The position numbers and the translations under genes are program-made. DNA of 63,847 nt, filler included, from Reticulomyxa filosa (Eukaryota; Protista; Foraminifera), in assembly GCA_000512085.1 (NCBI GenBank). It is 17 parts of 17 records of this genome, joined end to end, with 100 filler letters (N's around TTAATTAATTAA, not from the genome) between each part and the next. Parts side by side here need not be neighbours in the genome. Positions count along the whole stretch, not along the records: positions 19,251 to 25,375 come from ASPP01008905.1; positions 25,476 to 27,199 come from ASPP01002604.1; positions 27,300 to 29,161 come from ASPP01019467.1; positions 29,262 to 32,227 come from ASPP01048444.1; positions 32,328 to 34,179 come from ASPP01023291.1; positions 34,280 to 36,263 come from ASPP01028998.1; positions 36,364 to 38,079 come from ASPP01000708.1; 10 more parts are not named here. One strand, given 5' to 3'. Position 1 is the first letter of the stretch. Every line of letters starts with the position of its first letter. Below, one piece after another: positions 24,051 through 38,079 of the stretch. A model generated the notes under the pieces. The model was not told the DNA's origin, searched no databases, and was given only the letters and a program-made list of their open reading frames with translations.

Positions 24051-24736
24051 TAGTTGTACCTACATTTTATATTTATAAGTAAATTGTCAACAAGTTAACA
24101 GTTGTTTGATCAATTCTGCAGAAAAATTAGAGTACTTGTGACTCTGTTCGGTTTAAAAATTTCCGCAAACATTCAAATTTATTCGAATCGCTATGTTGTG
24201 ATGGCACAAACTCTTTTTTGTTGGAGGATAATCCGCAATATATCTCAAGTTGGGCATCAATGGCACAGTTTTGTGATTTCAAGTTTTTATGTTGTAACAG
24301 CATCATTTAAAAATGTGCTGCACTATGATATTGTTTTAAAAATAGACAGGATATCCTAAACCACAATTATGAGAAGATTAATACTTTATTCAAAGAAAAT
24401 AAACGAGCAATGTTTCTTTTTTTTTTCCAAATTTTTTCAGTATCAAAACCGTTTCTGTGGCGTTTCACATAAGCAAAGATATTACATTTTTAAATGTATG
24501 AATTATAAAAAGAGATTAAACACCGCCGCTTGCATTTTGCAATGTTTGAACTTTTCACTCTCTGATACTTATAAAAAGCATCAATAAAAAAAATTGACAC
24601 CAAAAAAACACCTTAAAACAATGTTTATTGTCATTACTTGTTTATCGGCATCTATCGAAATACAAGACGGAAGGAAAAAAAGACGAACTAGAAGATTTTT
24701 TTCATTAAACATTACTCCCGGCATAATAATATTTAC

Positions 24737-25290
24737 ATGGATTCTACTAAAGAGATTGTAACACTCCAATTTGGAGCTTTTGCGAATCATGTCGCTGCTC
24801 ATTACTGGAATTTGGAATATGAAAATACTGATTTTGGCGGGAATAGTGTTAAGAGCGAGTCGTCAACAGCAAACAGATATCCCGTAAGCGGAGGTTCAAC
24901 AAGCAATCCTTACAAGGATGACATGCACTTGCACAAGGCAAAAGATCCACAATACAGTTCCACGCTTCGGCCCACGCCTGCAAGCCGTACTACTGCTTAC
25001 AGTGAGCGCAAAGAGGTGGAAACCAGGCTGTCAGCGTTGTCAAGTAGCAACCAAACAGGCGAGCATCGAAATATCAACCCAAGCATAAATTTTTTTTCCA
25101 ACTCAAAAAAAAGTAGAACATTGGGTGGTAACAACATAAGTGAAAAAAGTACATCGTTCAACTATGTCCCAAGGACCATTGTTTTTGCAATGAACGGAGA
25201 AGAAGGCAATATATTGGAAAGTGCAGCCACCGCTTCCGAATATCAATCGCAATCGGGCTCAGACCCTGCCAATGTGTTGACCTGGGATAA
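24737..25290 (+). CDS. MSTO1: Misato/Dml1 tubulin-like protein, first exon (partial)
   Basis: KEIVTLQFGAFANHVAAHYWN (Misato segment II) and YVPRTIVFAMNGEEG. Donor GT at 25291. Confidence 0.8.
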
Positions 25291-25332
25291 AGTTTTGCTG
25301 ACGAATACTTTGTTATTATTATATAACCTCAA

Positions 25333-25365
<33 letters not shown>

Positions 25366-25475
25366 TTTTTTTTTTNNNNNNNNNNNNNNNNNNNNNNNNN
25401 NNNNNNNNNNNNNNNNNNNTTAATTAATTAANNNNNNNNNNNNNNNNNNNNNNNNNNNNNNNNNNNNNNNNNNNN

Positions 25476-27199
25476 GTGGTGTTCATGGCCAGCTGCGCGA
25501 GTTTGAGCACAAGGTTGATGATGAGGACGACCCTGTTGACAAAGACATTTTTGCTGTGTACAGAGTTAACTCTTCTTTTTGTGCTCTTACTTGTTTTCCT
25601 TCCTTCTTTCTACTTCAAAAAAAAAATAAAATAAAAAAAAGGGGGAACCTTGGCCAAGTCTCATTCCATTTGGTAGCAGCATTGAACGAATTTGGCCGTA
25701 CAGGAGGCTTTGATGCGTTAATGCGACGATTGGATAATCACAGACCAAATATGCCCGTCAAAAACATTCGTGCAATTTTGTCGGCATTGTCAAAGTCGGT
25801 GAAAAGCTTGACTCGTCGCTGCTATCGTGAGTATGTATTGCCATTGCACGATCGTGTGCGATCCACACTGGAATCCATGACCGACGTGGAGCTGCGTGAT
25901 TTGAAAAAGGAAATCTTGTCTCGAATCGTCGAGGCGATGGAGGGGCTGTTGCAACGCGAAAAAAGCGAAGCCGAGGTTGCACAAATTACAGAAACATTTC
26001 AACTGGCAATGGGTTTGTGTTTGTATATAATTCATTCGACGACCTTACTATACATTATTTTATGATCAATTTTTTTAAAATATAAAAACAAACAAAAAAA
26101 AAAGCATTGCGACGATTGACATCTCAAACCATTGAAAGACGTGTGAACGGAGTGCAGTACATTGCATCGGTGTGTTCGCATACGCGCAAAGGCTATCATT
26201 CGCACTCCATGAAATTTATGACGGCAGAGTTTCTCTTCAAATGGATCGAAGAGAACAAACTGTTGGAAATACTCTTTGGCCCAAAGTCTCATCCGCAATT
26301 GATGAAACAAGCCACCGACATTTTGAAATTCATTTGTTTGGAGAGTGTTTTGACTGTCAATCATTTGGCTATCATTTGGAGTGCTTTAGAAGTTTGCATC
26401 ATTATATATTTATACATGTACATATACACATATATATATATATATATATTATATTACGTTATTTTTTTTTTTAATTCGACCCTTTCTATTTTACTTAAAA
26501 AAAAAAAAATTATTTTTTTTTGAGGACCTTAGAGTAATGTATGTGAATGCATGGACACAGAGAGCAGCAAAGAAGTCGGACGACGTGGAGAATGAGCTTC
26601 AAACGCTGTGCAAAGTAGTGGACGACATAGCATACCACCTGACAACGGAGCACTTTGAGTTTTTGTTCAAGAAGTTTGAGAGCATCCCACTGAAGGAACT
26701 GACGGAGCATCACTTGCAGCTGATGAAAGAACTCGCGCAGCAGACGTACAAACAGTCAACAACGACAGCACCAGCAGAGCGAGCGATCAACATTTTGTGG
26801 AAGTTGGTGCAAGACGAGAGTGATGCGGAAGACAAATTGGTGAACGAGGCGAAGAACATGTTGAAGGAGGTATTGGGCTCGTACTACTTGAAAGAGTTGC
26901 GTCTGCCCAGTGCTGACGAAATGCGTGACCAACTTGGCCGAACACAAGTCGGTGGTGTCTTCGTTGCAAGTGTTGCAAAAGATTGTGCAAATCTATCCGA
27001 TTTCGTCGACGTCGACAGTGACCGATGACGTGTGGACCGTTGGATGATTGTGAAGAATTTGGACACCGAGTTTGGCATGATGAAACACTTTTTTTGCCGA
27101 CGTGTTGTTCTTCAAGCAAAATGCAAGTACCAAAGCAAAGGATATACAATCACCAAATGAGCAGAAGGAATCTATTACAAACAATAGCAATAATAACAA
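25476..27199 (+). CDS. USP9X/USP24/USP34-like deubiquitinase, N-terminal helical region (internal fragment)
   Basis: NEFGRTGGFDALMRRL; TIERRVNGVQYI; FKWIEENKLLEILFGPKSHPQLMKQATDILKFI...HLAIIWSA; EHFEFLFKKFESIP. Three introns, and frameshifts near the contig end. Confidence 0.75.
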
Positions 27200-27615
27200 N
27201 NNNNNNNNNNNNNNNNNNNNNNNNNNNNNNNNNNNNNNNNNNNTTAATTAATTAANNNNNNNNNNNNNNNNNNNNNNNNNNNNNNNNNNNNNNNNNNNNT
27301 GCTTTTTTTTAACACTACAAAAGAAGCTAGCAACAATGGACAAGTAACAGGACAAGGAACAATACTCATAAGAAAGGCAAGAAAAAAATTTTTATAGTTG
27401 TTGGCAAACAAGAGGACTGTAGATTTTTTTTTGAAGGAAAATTAAAAATAAGAATAAACAAAATATTGATTACATCCAAATTATAATATTTATTTACTTC
27501 CAATATTGATCTCTTCCACAAAATATGATCGTCTGTTAACAAAAACAAGTAGTCTGAAAAACAAAAAGGTGACCAAAAAAATCACCAACTTTGCTAATCT
27601 ACTCACTTTGGAAGA

Positions 27616-28395
27616 ATGGTATTGATATATTTAGCCTATTCAAACTTGCGAAACTAATATGTCTGCAAAAAAACTTGGTCTTGTTTTGCTTGTATAGATC
27701 CGCTTTGTGGTACTTCAAAACAGACAAGGCAAAACACGATTAGCAAAATGGTTTATTCCCGACTTTACGCAAAAAGAGAAGCAAAAAGCTCTGAGAGAGA
27801 TTGGACATATGGTTACCTCACGAGAAAAAAACAAATGTAATTTTTTGCAATGGCGTGAATACACTTTGGTTTACAAAAGGTGCACTTTTATTCCACCTTT
27901 TTTTATCATACATCATACGTGAAAACATTAAAAAAACATTGTAAACTATTCACAATTAAAAAAACAATAATAATGACATAGATATGCATCATTATATTTT
28001 GTGATGTGCATTGGCGACAAAGACAATGAAATATTGGCAATGGAACTTATTCATCAATATGTGGAAGTGCTTGATAGTTACTTTGGAAACGTTTGCGAGT
28101 TGGACTTAATTTTCAATTTTGATAAAGTTTCATAATGTACATATTTTATGCATATTGCTTATTTTAAAATTATTGCTATATTGTCTCGTTGTGTGTGCAT
28201 GTGGAATGATCGATGCACGAATAGGCACATTACATGTTAGATGAGATAGTATTGGCCGGGCAAATTCAAGAAACAAGCAAACGCGAGGTTATCCGTGTTA
28301 TGAAACAACAAGATGATCTTGAACAAAAAATCAATGATGAAAAGAAACAAAGTGCTTCTTTTCGTAAAAAGTACATTAATGATATTTTTCAATAG
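27616..28395 (+). CDS. AP1S: Clathrin adaptor complex small (sigma) subunit, probably AP-1 sigma
   Basis: Four exons (ATG at 27616, exon 2 from 27698) give [20 protein letters not shown]...VYKRYASLYF...[44 protein letters not shown] at 28393-28395. Confidence 0.85.
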
Positions 28396-29699
28396 AAATC
28401 TTTTTTGGCATTATTCTCTAACATTTCTTTTTGAAAAACTAAATTTTTATTTTTTTTATAAAAAACACAAATGTTTAAATGCAATTTTGAACGTGCCATT
28501 TTTTAATTATCGAAAGTTTCACACCTGGTTTAAATGTACTTAAAACAACCTTCATCTTGGTGTAATTAAAGTAAAGGAATGATGAAAAATGAACGAAATA
28601 CGAATTGTTTTGATAATGCCAGGTGAAAATATTTGTAATGGTATCTTTTAAAAAAGGAATACATTTGAACATGTAAGCAATTGAAAGCAGAGACCTATAG
28701 TAAGGAAACAGAAGAAGCACTACCAGCTTTAATTAGGAGCTGATACAGCAACAAGAAACAACGCAGCTCTGTAAAACAAGCTTATGAAAGTAAAGATATG
28801 ATGCAATCATTTCCAAAGGCACGTTGGCTCAGATCTTTTTTTCCCTCTCCTTTTTGATCGAAATAGACTCAGTTTTTTTTTCTCTTGATCAGAAAGTCGG
28901 CAGAAAGTATTTTTTGCATATACAGTAGGATTGCAAACCATTTCAAAGTTTTATAAAACACTCAAATATTGATGCAAATAAAAACCATGCAAAAACGTGG
29001 ACAACCAAGAACAACAAAGGTAAAACCTTGCATGTTCAAATTACATTATACACAAATATTTTTGAGAATATTCCAGGCAAAAAATACTTTCTCAAATGTG
29101 CAAACGATATAAAAAGAATGGAAAAGAAAAAAAAAAAACTCACAATAACAACAAAAATGTTNNNNNNNNNNNNNNNNNNNNNNNNNNNNNNNNNNNNNNN
29201 NNNNNTTAATTAATTAANNNNNNNNNNNNNNNNNNNNNNNNNNNNNNNNNNNNNNNNNNNNCCACATGTACGTAACTCAAAACGCAATACATGGTCCATG
29301 TTTGACGAACGCCGCCATTAAAAACGAAATTTGTTCAATAATGAACAAATACATTTTATTGGAAAAATGACAGACGTTTGCCTTGTAGTGCGGCCCATGA
29401 TTCGACGATATATTGAACTTCCTTCACAACAATTCGGCCATGATGTTTCCACTTGTACTCTCATTGCCGTTGCTGTCACCGTCGCCATCATTGCTGGAAA
29501 CTCGCTGTAGCATAAATGTCAATGTAAACAGCAAAAATTTGTCCATCCGCATTTCAAATTTTCATTGTTAGATTTTGAAATACCTATAAACAATTTCAAA
29601 CAACACATACCACATACATAATAAATGAACAATCAATATACGTATAAAGATGTTGCTATTAATTATTGAATATGTCATACATAATAAAAAATGTACATA

Positions 29700-32227
29700 T
29701 ATAAAAACTTTTTCAACAAATGGACCCAAACACGATTAAAACGATAGGTGACAGGGACTTGGAACAGGCACGCATAAATGACCAGCCAAATAACAACAAG
29801 CCCATGTGGAAAAGATGGAGAGGGGATGGGGACTCGACTGCTTACGTAAAATATTGTATCGTTTTACCCAGCAGTGCCCAGCGCCATCACACATTATCAA
29901 TATCCAACATTTTTCTTGTCCCAAATAATGGATCGACTTTTGAATCGTCAACCAATTCTCGACTGGCACAACTTTGTTACTTTCGTAACAAACACGCAAT
30001 AGTATTAGCTCTATTGCGCATACCAAATTAAATTGTGGAATACATCAGCGATACCCAAGTATTGGCGCTCACAACACCAGTCCAATGTGCTGAGACAATT
30101 GACAAATGAGTAAAAGATATCACGGACTGCATTTGATCGTTGTTGCCACAAGCATAATTGGCACTGCTCTTGACATTGTCCCACCCTTGCAGTAGATTCC
30201 ATTGGAGGGGGCGAAGGGGCGCACTATGTGATATTCGTCCATGTCTAGGAACGCGCAGCGTTCAATGTCGCACGCGAACTTACAACTTCTACCATCATTA
30301 CGAACACGACTTGAAATCCAAAATGTGCGCATGTGCGCAAGCAAGCGACTATGTTTCGGCACAGTCGCACAAACTTGCTCGTTATGGAAATGGACCTAAT
30401 TTTATAAACGCAGGACCACAACATAAATGCAGAAATTAACTTGCCCGTTGGCGCCAGTAGATCGCAGTTTACTACTTTCTTTGCGGATAGCTATTGGAGT
30501 GGCACAGCACCAGATACTTGTGTTTGCATAAGTTGATTACAAACAACTTTTTTCAAATACTTGGGGCTACCACTGCTAGATATCGCCATATTCGTTTGAT
30601 ATTTTCCATTGGTGAAGGGAGGACGCTATTGGAAGTTAGTCGACGCTCGCCATTAGCGACTTTGCGTGTTTCCATACGTAAATAGCGAGTCTATAGCCAA
30701 TGTCAATAACACCTGCCGACTGACTTTTTTTTTTTCTTTTAACCAAATGCAACGTGATAAAGACCTGTCATTTTTTGTTATTCTCTTCATCCCCATCCTT
30801 CTTCTCCTCTTCCTCATCATATTTACTTTCTTACCGGTATCTTGCTGATCGCAATGTCGCTTATTTTCCTACAATGTTCGCGACCTTTTTTTCCATCGTC
30901 TTTCAACTCTTCGTCGGTCCAGTCACTGCAGCCGTTGCTACACTGTAATGTCGGCGTCATTTTCATTTTGCGTGCTATCACCATCTTCTTTTTTCTTCTT
31001 CCTGGCGGGCTTGCTTTTATGTTCTAGCGGCACCAAGGTCTGGATATTGTTTGAGATTTGCTTGTTAGAGTCTTGCCCCACTGTTCCTATGCCATATCGC
31101 GACGTTTTCCAACCACGAGTTTATCTTCTCTAGTCGACGTTGTGATGATGAACGCACTTTGATCTAATTGAATGAACTCGACCATTTGCAATAAGGTATT
31201 GCACTATTTGCACGTTCTATTTTTTTTTATTAGGCATATCCGTTCTCCATCTTTTTTTTTATTTCTTGAGCGCCAACAACACGTCGTCCGTATTCCGTAA
31301 TCAATCCTGAAAAAAGTTCAACATGAATAATAGGCACTTGCTCATGACGCAAAATCCAAGTTGCGAATGTGCGTACGCACACAAACAGTTTCTGCGCGAT
31401 CTCTGCATTAATAAAATTAGGTCCATTTCAATAACGATAAAATCTCCCTTATTCTTTGACGATTGAAGATCGCACATCGGTATCATCTTTGGTGCTGTGC
31501 CATGTTAAGAGTTATCCGCATGACTTTTGAGCATCTAAGTTGGCGGCAAACAACTCTTTCTAATGCTTGGGGCAATATTTGAAGATAGTCCACGCCAGCG
31601 ATTGGCGAATTTGCGCTTTTCTTGGCTTGAAGAAAAATTTCATAACGAAGTTCAACACTGCGGCAGACTACTTTTTTTCTTCACAAATCCAACGCGATGC
31701 TGACTTGTTATTCTTTTTCTTCTATTCTTCATCACCTTCGTTTTATTCTTCTTGGTGAACTTGCTTCTGAATGAGGGCGCAGTGTATGTACTGTCTTGGA
31801 TTGGTCTGTGATAATCTTCAACTTTTCCAGGGCCATCAAATGGATGTTTCAACTGCGAAGTTCAGCCCTTGTGATGACATACTTTGGCCTTGATAATGCC
31901 TTATTGGAAATTATCGAACGGGCGCATTGAGACGATATGAACGATTTGCATTGCGCCATAAAATTTATCCCAGCTTCCACAACGATCGGTTCCTGTCAGT
32001 AGACATTCCACAATTAACAAAGTAATTCAAACGATTTTTGCTTTTTTTAAAAATACCAAACTTTGAAATTTTCTCCACTATTTCTCCTCCACTATTTCAG
32101 CTCCAACTCTTTCTCCTCCGTTTGCCAGCGATCTTGAAAGTTTCGATAGCTTCTCCACAACTTTTGCTGCACTCACGATGTTTGGCCACTTCCATTTTAT
32201 CAATTGCTAGTGCGTGTGGCCGACGCA
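29700..32227 (-). pseudogene. Degraded coding-like sequence with internal diverged repeats
   Basis: Higher-GC sequence with no long ORF. 30715-30815 resembles 31661-31750. Family not recognised and strand tentative. Confidence 0.3.
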
Positions 32228-32327
32228 NNNNNNNNNNNNNNNNNNNNNNNNNNNNNNNNNNNNNNNNNNNNTTAATTAATTAANNNNNNNNNNNNNNNNN
32301 NNNNNNNNNNNNNNNNNNNNNNNNNNN

Positions 32328-32526
32328 CAAACACAAGCACAAACACAAACACAAACACAAGCGAAAGTGGAAGCGGAAGCGCAAATACAAATGCAACGAC
32401 AAAAGCCAAAATTAAAGCCGAAATCCAATCCAAAATTGAAACCGAAGCAAAAAGATGACAATATTTTCCAATCCTCGATTTCGTTTTGTTTTGTTTTATG
32501 TCTATTTCAAAAAAAAAATTTACTAT

Positions 32527-32557
<31 letters not shown>

Positions 32558-34179
32558 TATTTGTAATGTGTGTTGAACAAAGAAATGCAGAACGTGAACT
32601 TGACATAACCAGTCGATCGATTCCGAAGGAATACACGCCCGAACCTGCTCCACTGCAGTTGCAGTCGCAGTTGGACCAGGCCCTTCCCCAAAGCAATGGC
32701 GATTCCGATGTGAAAAGCGATGGCACGCATCATGTCCCGCTTGCGTCCAACACCGCCATCGACATCTCCGAAGACATTCACCACACGTTTGAGTTTCCTT
32801 TTCTTTTTTCCAATGTTTTTTTTCTGGTCATAGGATAAAGTATTTCACATTACCAAAAAAAAAAAAAAAGTAACAGGGCAACAATGGAGTTGCTGACTGT
32901 CCCTTTGGCTGCGAACAAAAACGTGGGGATATTGAAAGCGACGGAGAATAAGCAATTGCCTTTGGATTGGACGTTGAATAATCATCAAGAAGAAAACAAA
33001 ACCACAACCACAGCCATAGCTACGACGGTGGAGGCCCCTGTTATGCCTATACATAATGTCGTCGTCACCGCTCACTCGCTCACGCACTCCTTTCTTGGCT
33101 TACATTCATATTCTCCCCCATTCACCTCAGAACATCCTCAATTGCAATCCAAACTGTCCATCTCGCCCTCTGACGGTAACTCGTTTGAGTTTATTTATCA
33201 AATACATTTATACATAAATATATTCATATATGGTATGTGTGTATATGTTGGGGGGGGGGGGGGGGGAAAAAAAAAAAAAAAAAGAACAACCAATGAAAAA
33301 TCGGTTAATACGAAGTGAAAAAGAAAACCATGGAAAATATGACAGTGGCGTTTGTTTGAAGCAAATCGAGAGTAACCTGTCGAAATTGTTTCGCTCGAAA
33401 AAACCGAAAAAGTTGGACCAACACAAAAAAGATGACAAATTGAAGCTGCTTTGGCAGTCCAATGCCACGCCGACTTCAATTGTGGCCATCCAAGCCAGCG
33501 ATAGTCCAAGTAAAAGCAAAAGTAAAAGTAAGAGTAAAAATAGCGTACATATAAATCTAAGCAGAAGCAAGAGTAAGAGTGGAGATCACAATGAACAAGA
33601 CCAAAGAGAAGCCTTGCGTGCAATTGCAAGCAAAGACAACGTGACCGAACCACGTGCGAATGAAAACGAAGTTGTAATGAACAATCAATTGAATGACAGA
33701 AAAGACACATACAGCAAGTCCATCGACAGTAGCAAAGGCTTGACACTCGGACACATTGGCAGCTTTTCCGATTCGATCACGAATAGCATCCATTACGACA
33801 ATGAGTTTGACGAAGAGGAGCTGGAGGCGTTTTCACGGCAGCTCAGCATCAAGAACTTGCAGCTGCAAACGGCCATTGAAGAGGATGCCAAAGTCAGCGA
33901 CGTTAGCAAGACAAATGCAAAAGAGTCGCTCTTCTGTCTTGAAGATATCGTCGACAATGCATTGTCAGCTCAAGGCAATGCCGTGGGCCAAGCAAAAGTC
34001 AAAGCCAAGGAAAAAAGCAAAACAAAGTCTAATGCAAAAGCAAAAAGTAAAGTCAAGACTAAAAACAAAAACAAAAAGAATACCAATAAAAAAAAAAGCA
34101 AAAAAAACAATGATCGAGAAGACAATATCAACATCAATGTCAATGCCAATGCCAATACCAATACCAATGTCAATGTCAA
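32328..34179 (+). CDS. Low-complexity hypothetical protein, internal exons
   Basis: Several plus-strand ORFs separated by TA-repeat or poly-A introns, with KS, KA and NA dipeptide repeats. Confidence 0.5.
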
Positions 34180-36375
34180 NNNNNNNNNNNNNNNNNNNNN
34201 NNNNNNNNNNNNNNNNNNNNNNNTTAATTAATTAANNNNNNNNNNNNNNNNNNNNNNNNNNNNNNNNNNNNNNNNNNNNTGTTGATTTGGTGGAATATAT
34301 CAAATGTTTGGTAATTGTAATTGGATTATAAAAGAACCGTTGATATCGTCGTCAATGGAGATTGTCATTAAATAATTGAATTGGACGATTTAGAGTGCCT
34401 TTGAAATAATAGTGAAGTTAAAACAACATAATTACTTTTGTTTTTCTTTTAAAGAAATTTAAATTAAGTTGTTATTTGTTTTTGTGTTTACAATAACTAG
34501 GATATGGTCCACTGGTGGCGTAGATGATGGAACTGCAAATATAGAAGAAGAAAAGGATTCCACATTGAAATAATGACGACTGCCTGCTCAAGATAAAGCG
34601 ACGATTCAACACATTGAATAATGACAAAGTCATTGTATTTAATGTGAATAAAAATAAGTTCATAAATACTGCATTACTCGATTGTTATTTTCATTATTAT
34701 TTCTATGGATTCTGTTTCGTCGCTATTATCGTAATGGGCACTTGATATGACGTCAATATCATAGTGTAGTTTTGGGATCACAGTTGTATCAACTGTCTTA
34801 TCTACATTCTTCTTCTCTGGTTGCATTACTGTCATTGTCATCAAGGCCAATCTTCATTGCAAAACGTATTATGGCTGCATCAGTGAAAGCAAAGCAAGAC
34901 TTATCAACATTGCCACGACATACATATTTGGCAATATTGTCTGCTTGGTCTCTTCAATGATATAACAAATCAATGTGTTGATTTGTTTTTTGTGTTGTTC
35001 TGCTTCTTCTAATGTAATTCGTTTCGTTGTGTGATTTGGTACTGCCACTGTGTACAAGTGTGTTGTAATCTTATAATTGTTGCTGTTTTCCATTGCAGTT
35101 GTATTTTTATATGAAAAAGAAATCCAAATAAGGTCCAAACTTTACTATTTCTGGCATTCTGTTCTGTTGGTCCAAGTGTTTCCTCATTGTAGAGTTCGTT
35201 TGTGCATTTATTTTCCTATTTCCCCAAACTTTTGCGACGAATAATGCTATTTGAAAAAAAGACGGCAGCCTTTTCTTTTTTGAAAATAATAAAAGTAAAA
35301 AGGATAGCTATTCTTTTTTCCCACAATGTTTTTGAATTAATTTGATTATCTAAGAAAAAGACTCATAACAAATCAGCATATTTCAACCAGCGTTTATAAA
35401 ATGTGCAAAGCGCACTACAAAAAAAAATCACCTAGAACACATATACGTACAAGACCATAACTATTCAAAAAAAAAAAAAGGGGTGTAAGCAATGGCCAAA
35501 GTATTAATCGGTTGTAATGTAGTCTTAGTGCTACTAAAGTATATTAAAAACTAATTAGATGGCCAGCCATATGTTCTTGTAGAATGGTATTGTAGTGAAG
35601 TATTTCTGAGCAATCTCTTCAATTCGTATTCATAAAATAGAATCATATCATCTTGATCTACGTATACTTGATGATTGGGGAAGTACTTACGCTATCTGAA
35701 AATGCGTGATATGACCACGCCCGAAATAAAGCTTACCAAAATTTAAATAAATTGATTGGTTCCAACATAATGTGCTTATATCGCAACGATAAGTCAGTTA
35801 TTTATTATGGAACACTACACGATATGTGAGTGTGGCCATGCTTGTAATTCTTTCAGTTCGCTATCTACTGACAACTCCTTGTCGTGAGTGTCCACGCTAT
35901 GCCGGTTTGCTGGCACCTTCATATACATCCAGCCTTCTGTTGAACAGTTTAACATTTGATTGCACCCAACGCAAGGTTGTCTGACGGACATGTCGTCCAC
36001 ACAACCAAAGCTACACCATAACACCCACCACAATGACACGATCTTTTTCAACATTTTTTTTTGTTTGTTCTTCGATAACTATCTGTGCTTTAAGATTATC
36101 GATTACAACGTCAAAAAAACTTTTTCATGACCCGTTCTGCTGTCACTGCACCATCGTCAAGTCCAAAAAAAAACGACTTTTCAGTTTTTGTTTCAAAATT
36201 ACCAAACTATTCATTTTTTTTTTAAATTATTTTAACTTCAAATTATAACTTACGTTGCTTTAGNNNNNNNNNNNNNNNNNNNNNNNNNNNNNNNNNNNNN
36301 NNNNNNNTTAATTAATTAANNNNNNNNNNNNNNNNNNNNNNNNNNNNNNNNNNNNNNNNNNNNAAAAAATAAAAT

Positions 36376-38079
36376 TAAAATATAAAAACTACAAGATTTG
36401 TATATATTTTTTTTAAAATAAAAAAAAATTAGGTCTAAATGTTTATTTTTCATGGAGAAAATCGATTATCATCATAAGATATCGTTTTATGCGTTCAGTT
36501 TTCTTTGCAACTTACTGTACATCAAATCATAGAAAATAAAAGTCAAAGTGAAGAATCTACAATGAATAAAGTGGAAGATAAAAAACTTAAAGACAAAGAA
36601 GTATCTGTTAAAACCGGAGAAACTCCAATTTCTTTTGGACAGCAATTATTTGACAGAAACTGCGTATTGCAATTGAACAATATTGTATTGGGAAAGACTT
36701 AAAATATGTAAATACACTTTGAATTGTGATCAACTTTGAGCTGGCGAAAAATAACATCCAACAAGTTCATTTTTTCATTCTTTATAAGATTTACAATACA
36801 ATATCAATATATAAAAAAAATAGTATTACAAAGAAGATTAAACACAAAAAATATAAATGGAGATATTACAAAAATGAATAAAGATAGTCTAACTTTAAAC
36901 ACAAAAGTGTATGTTTTTATATAAAAACAACAATAAAAAATATACATATATCAGAAAGAGCTAAACAATCAAATTACAAAATTAAAATAAACATTTGAAA
37001 CAATAATGCATGAAAGTAAAATTAGTGATGATCAATTCAATAGTAAATATGCATTTAACTTGAATATCTCGTTATACCAACAACGCAATAAACTTTTTGA
37101 ACAGGATAATATAGTTGATATTATTAGTTATATAATATTTGATAGTAATTAATTCATTTGTTGGATTATATGATAGTATAATTTATGTGATATTGACAAT
37201 AATAACAAATTGAAAAATTCAAGCATAAAGATATATCATGGTTCTGCTGGTGCTGTTCGCAACAACTCATAACAGCTTTTTCTTTGGTATGCTTTTGAAG
37301 ATTGGGAATTGTAAAAAAAAATTATATTTGTTCATGAACAAAGCTAATTAATTGTAGTCCAGAATACTACATTATACTATCAAAAAAAAATTGAATATTT
37401 TTTATATTAAACCTAATCATTGTTATATGTAAAAAATAAATAATAGACCAAACTTACAATTACAGATCTATTTATAAAATAAATTTTTTTGTATTAGTGG
37501 CGTTTTTATGTTAATAAGTATGTTGTACTATATATTTAATATATTAAAGTCATTAAACATTTATTGATAATATCTATCAGATTACTTTGCAAAGTATAAA
37601 CAAAAAGGTTAACACATAAAGAGTCATTTCATATAGATAATTGATTTTTTCAATTGCAAAAAAAACCAAAAAGAATTTGACTATTTTTTTCATAATCTGT
37701 CATTGCTTAAGCACGTTAACAATACAAATACATCAATGTATTATTCATTATTTTCAATTTTCATTTTTTTTTAATTTAACTTTATGTATCCTCAATTTTG
37801 CTTTTGTATGTCATGATATTACTATTTCACAAACTACAGAAAATTGATTTTAAGGATTGTACGAATTAGTTTTACCTGGATCCTGAGTTTCCTTTATCAT
37901 AATAAAATACTTTTAATGATCTATGTACAAATTGTTATTACTACAGTAGATTGCAAAAAAAACTGCCATACCTAAATGGCACTATACAAAGAGAATCGAT
38001 TTTCTCCATGAAAAATAAAGATTTAAACCTAATTTTTTTTTTAAAAAATATCTACTAATCTTGTAGTTTTTAAATATTA
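36376..38079. mobile_element. ~1.7-kb segment bounded by ~90-bp inverted repeats (candidate non-autonomous DNA transposon)
   Basis: 36376-36467 (AAAAACTACAAGATT...TTTATTTTTCATGGAGAAAATCGATT) is the near-perfect reverse complement of 37994-38079. No transposase ORF inside. Confidence 0.65.

Noticed and set aside
34280-36263. Short ORFs in this contig and in 38180-40347
   Set aside because: They are fragmented and no domain was recognised. They may be pseudogene debris but cannot be supported as features.
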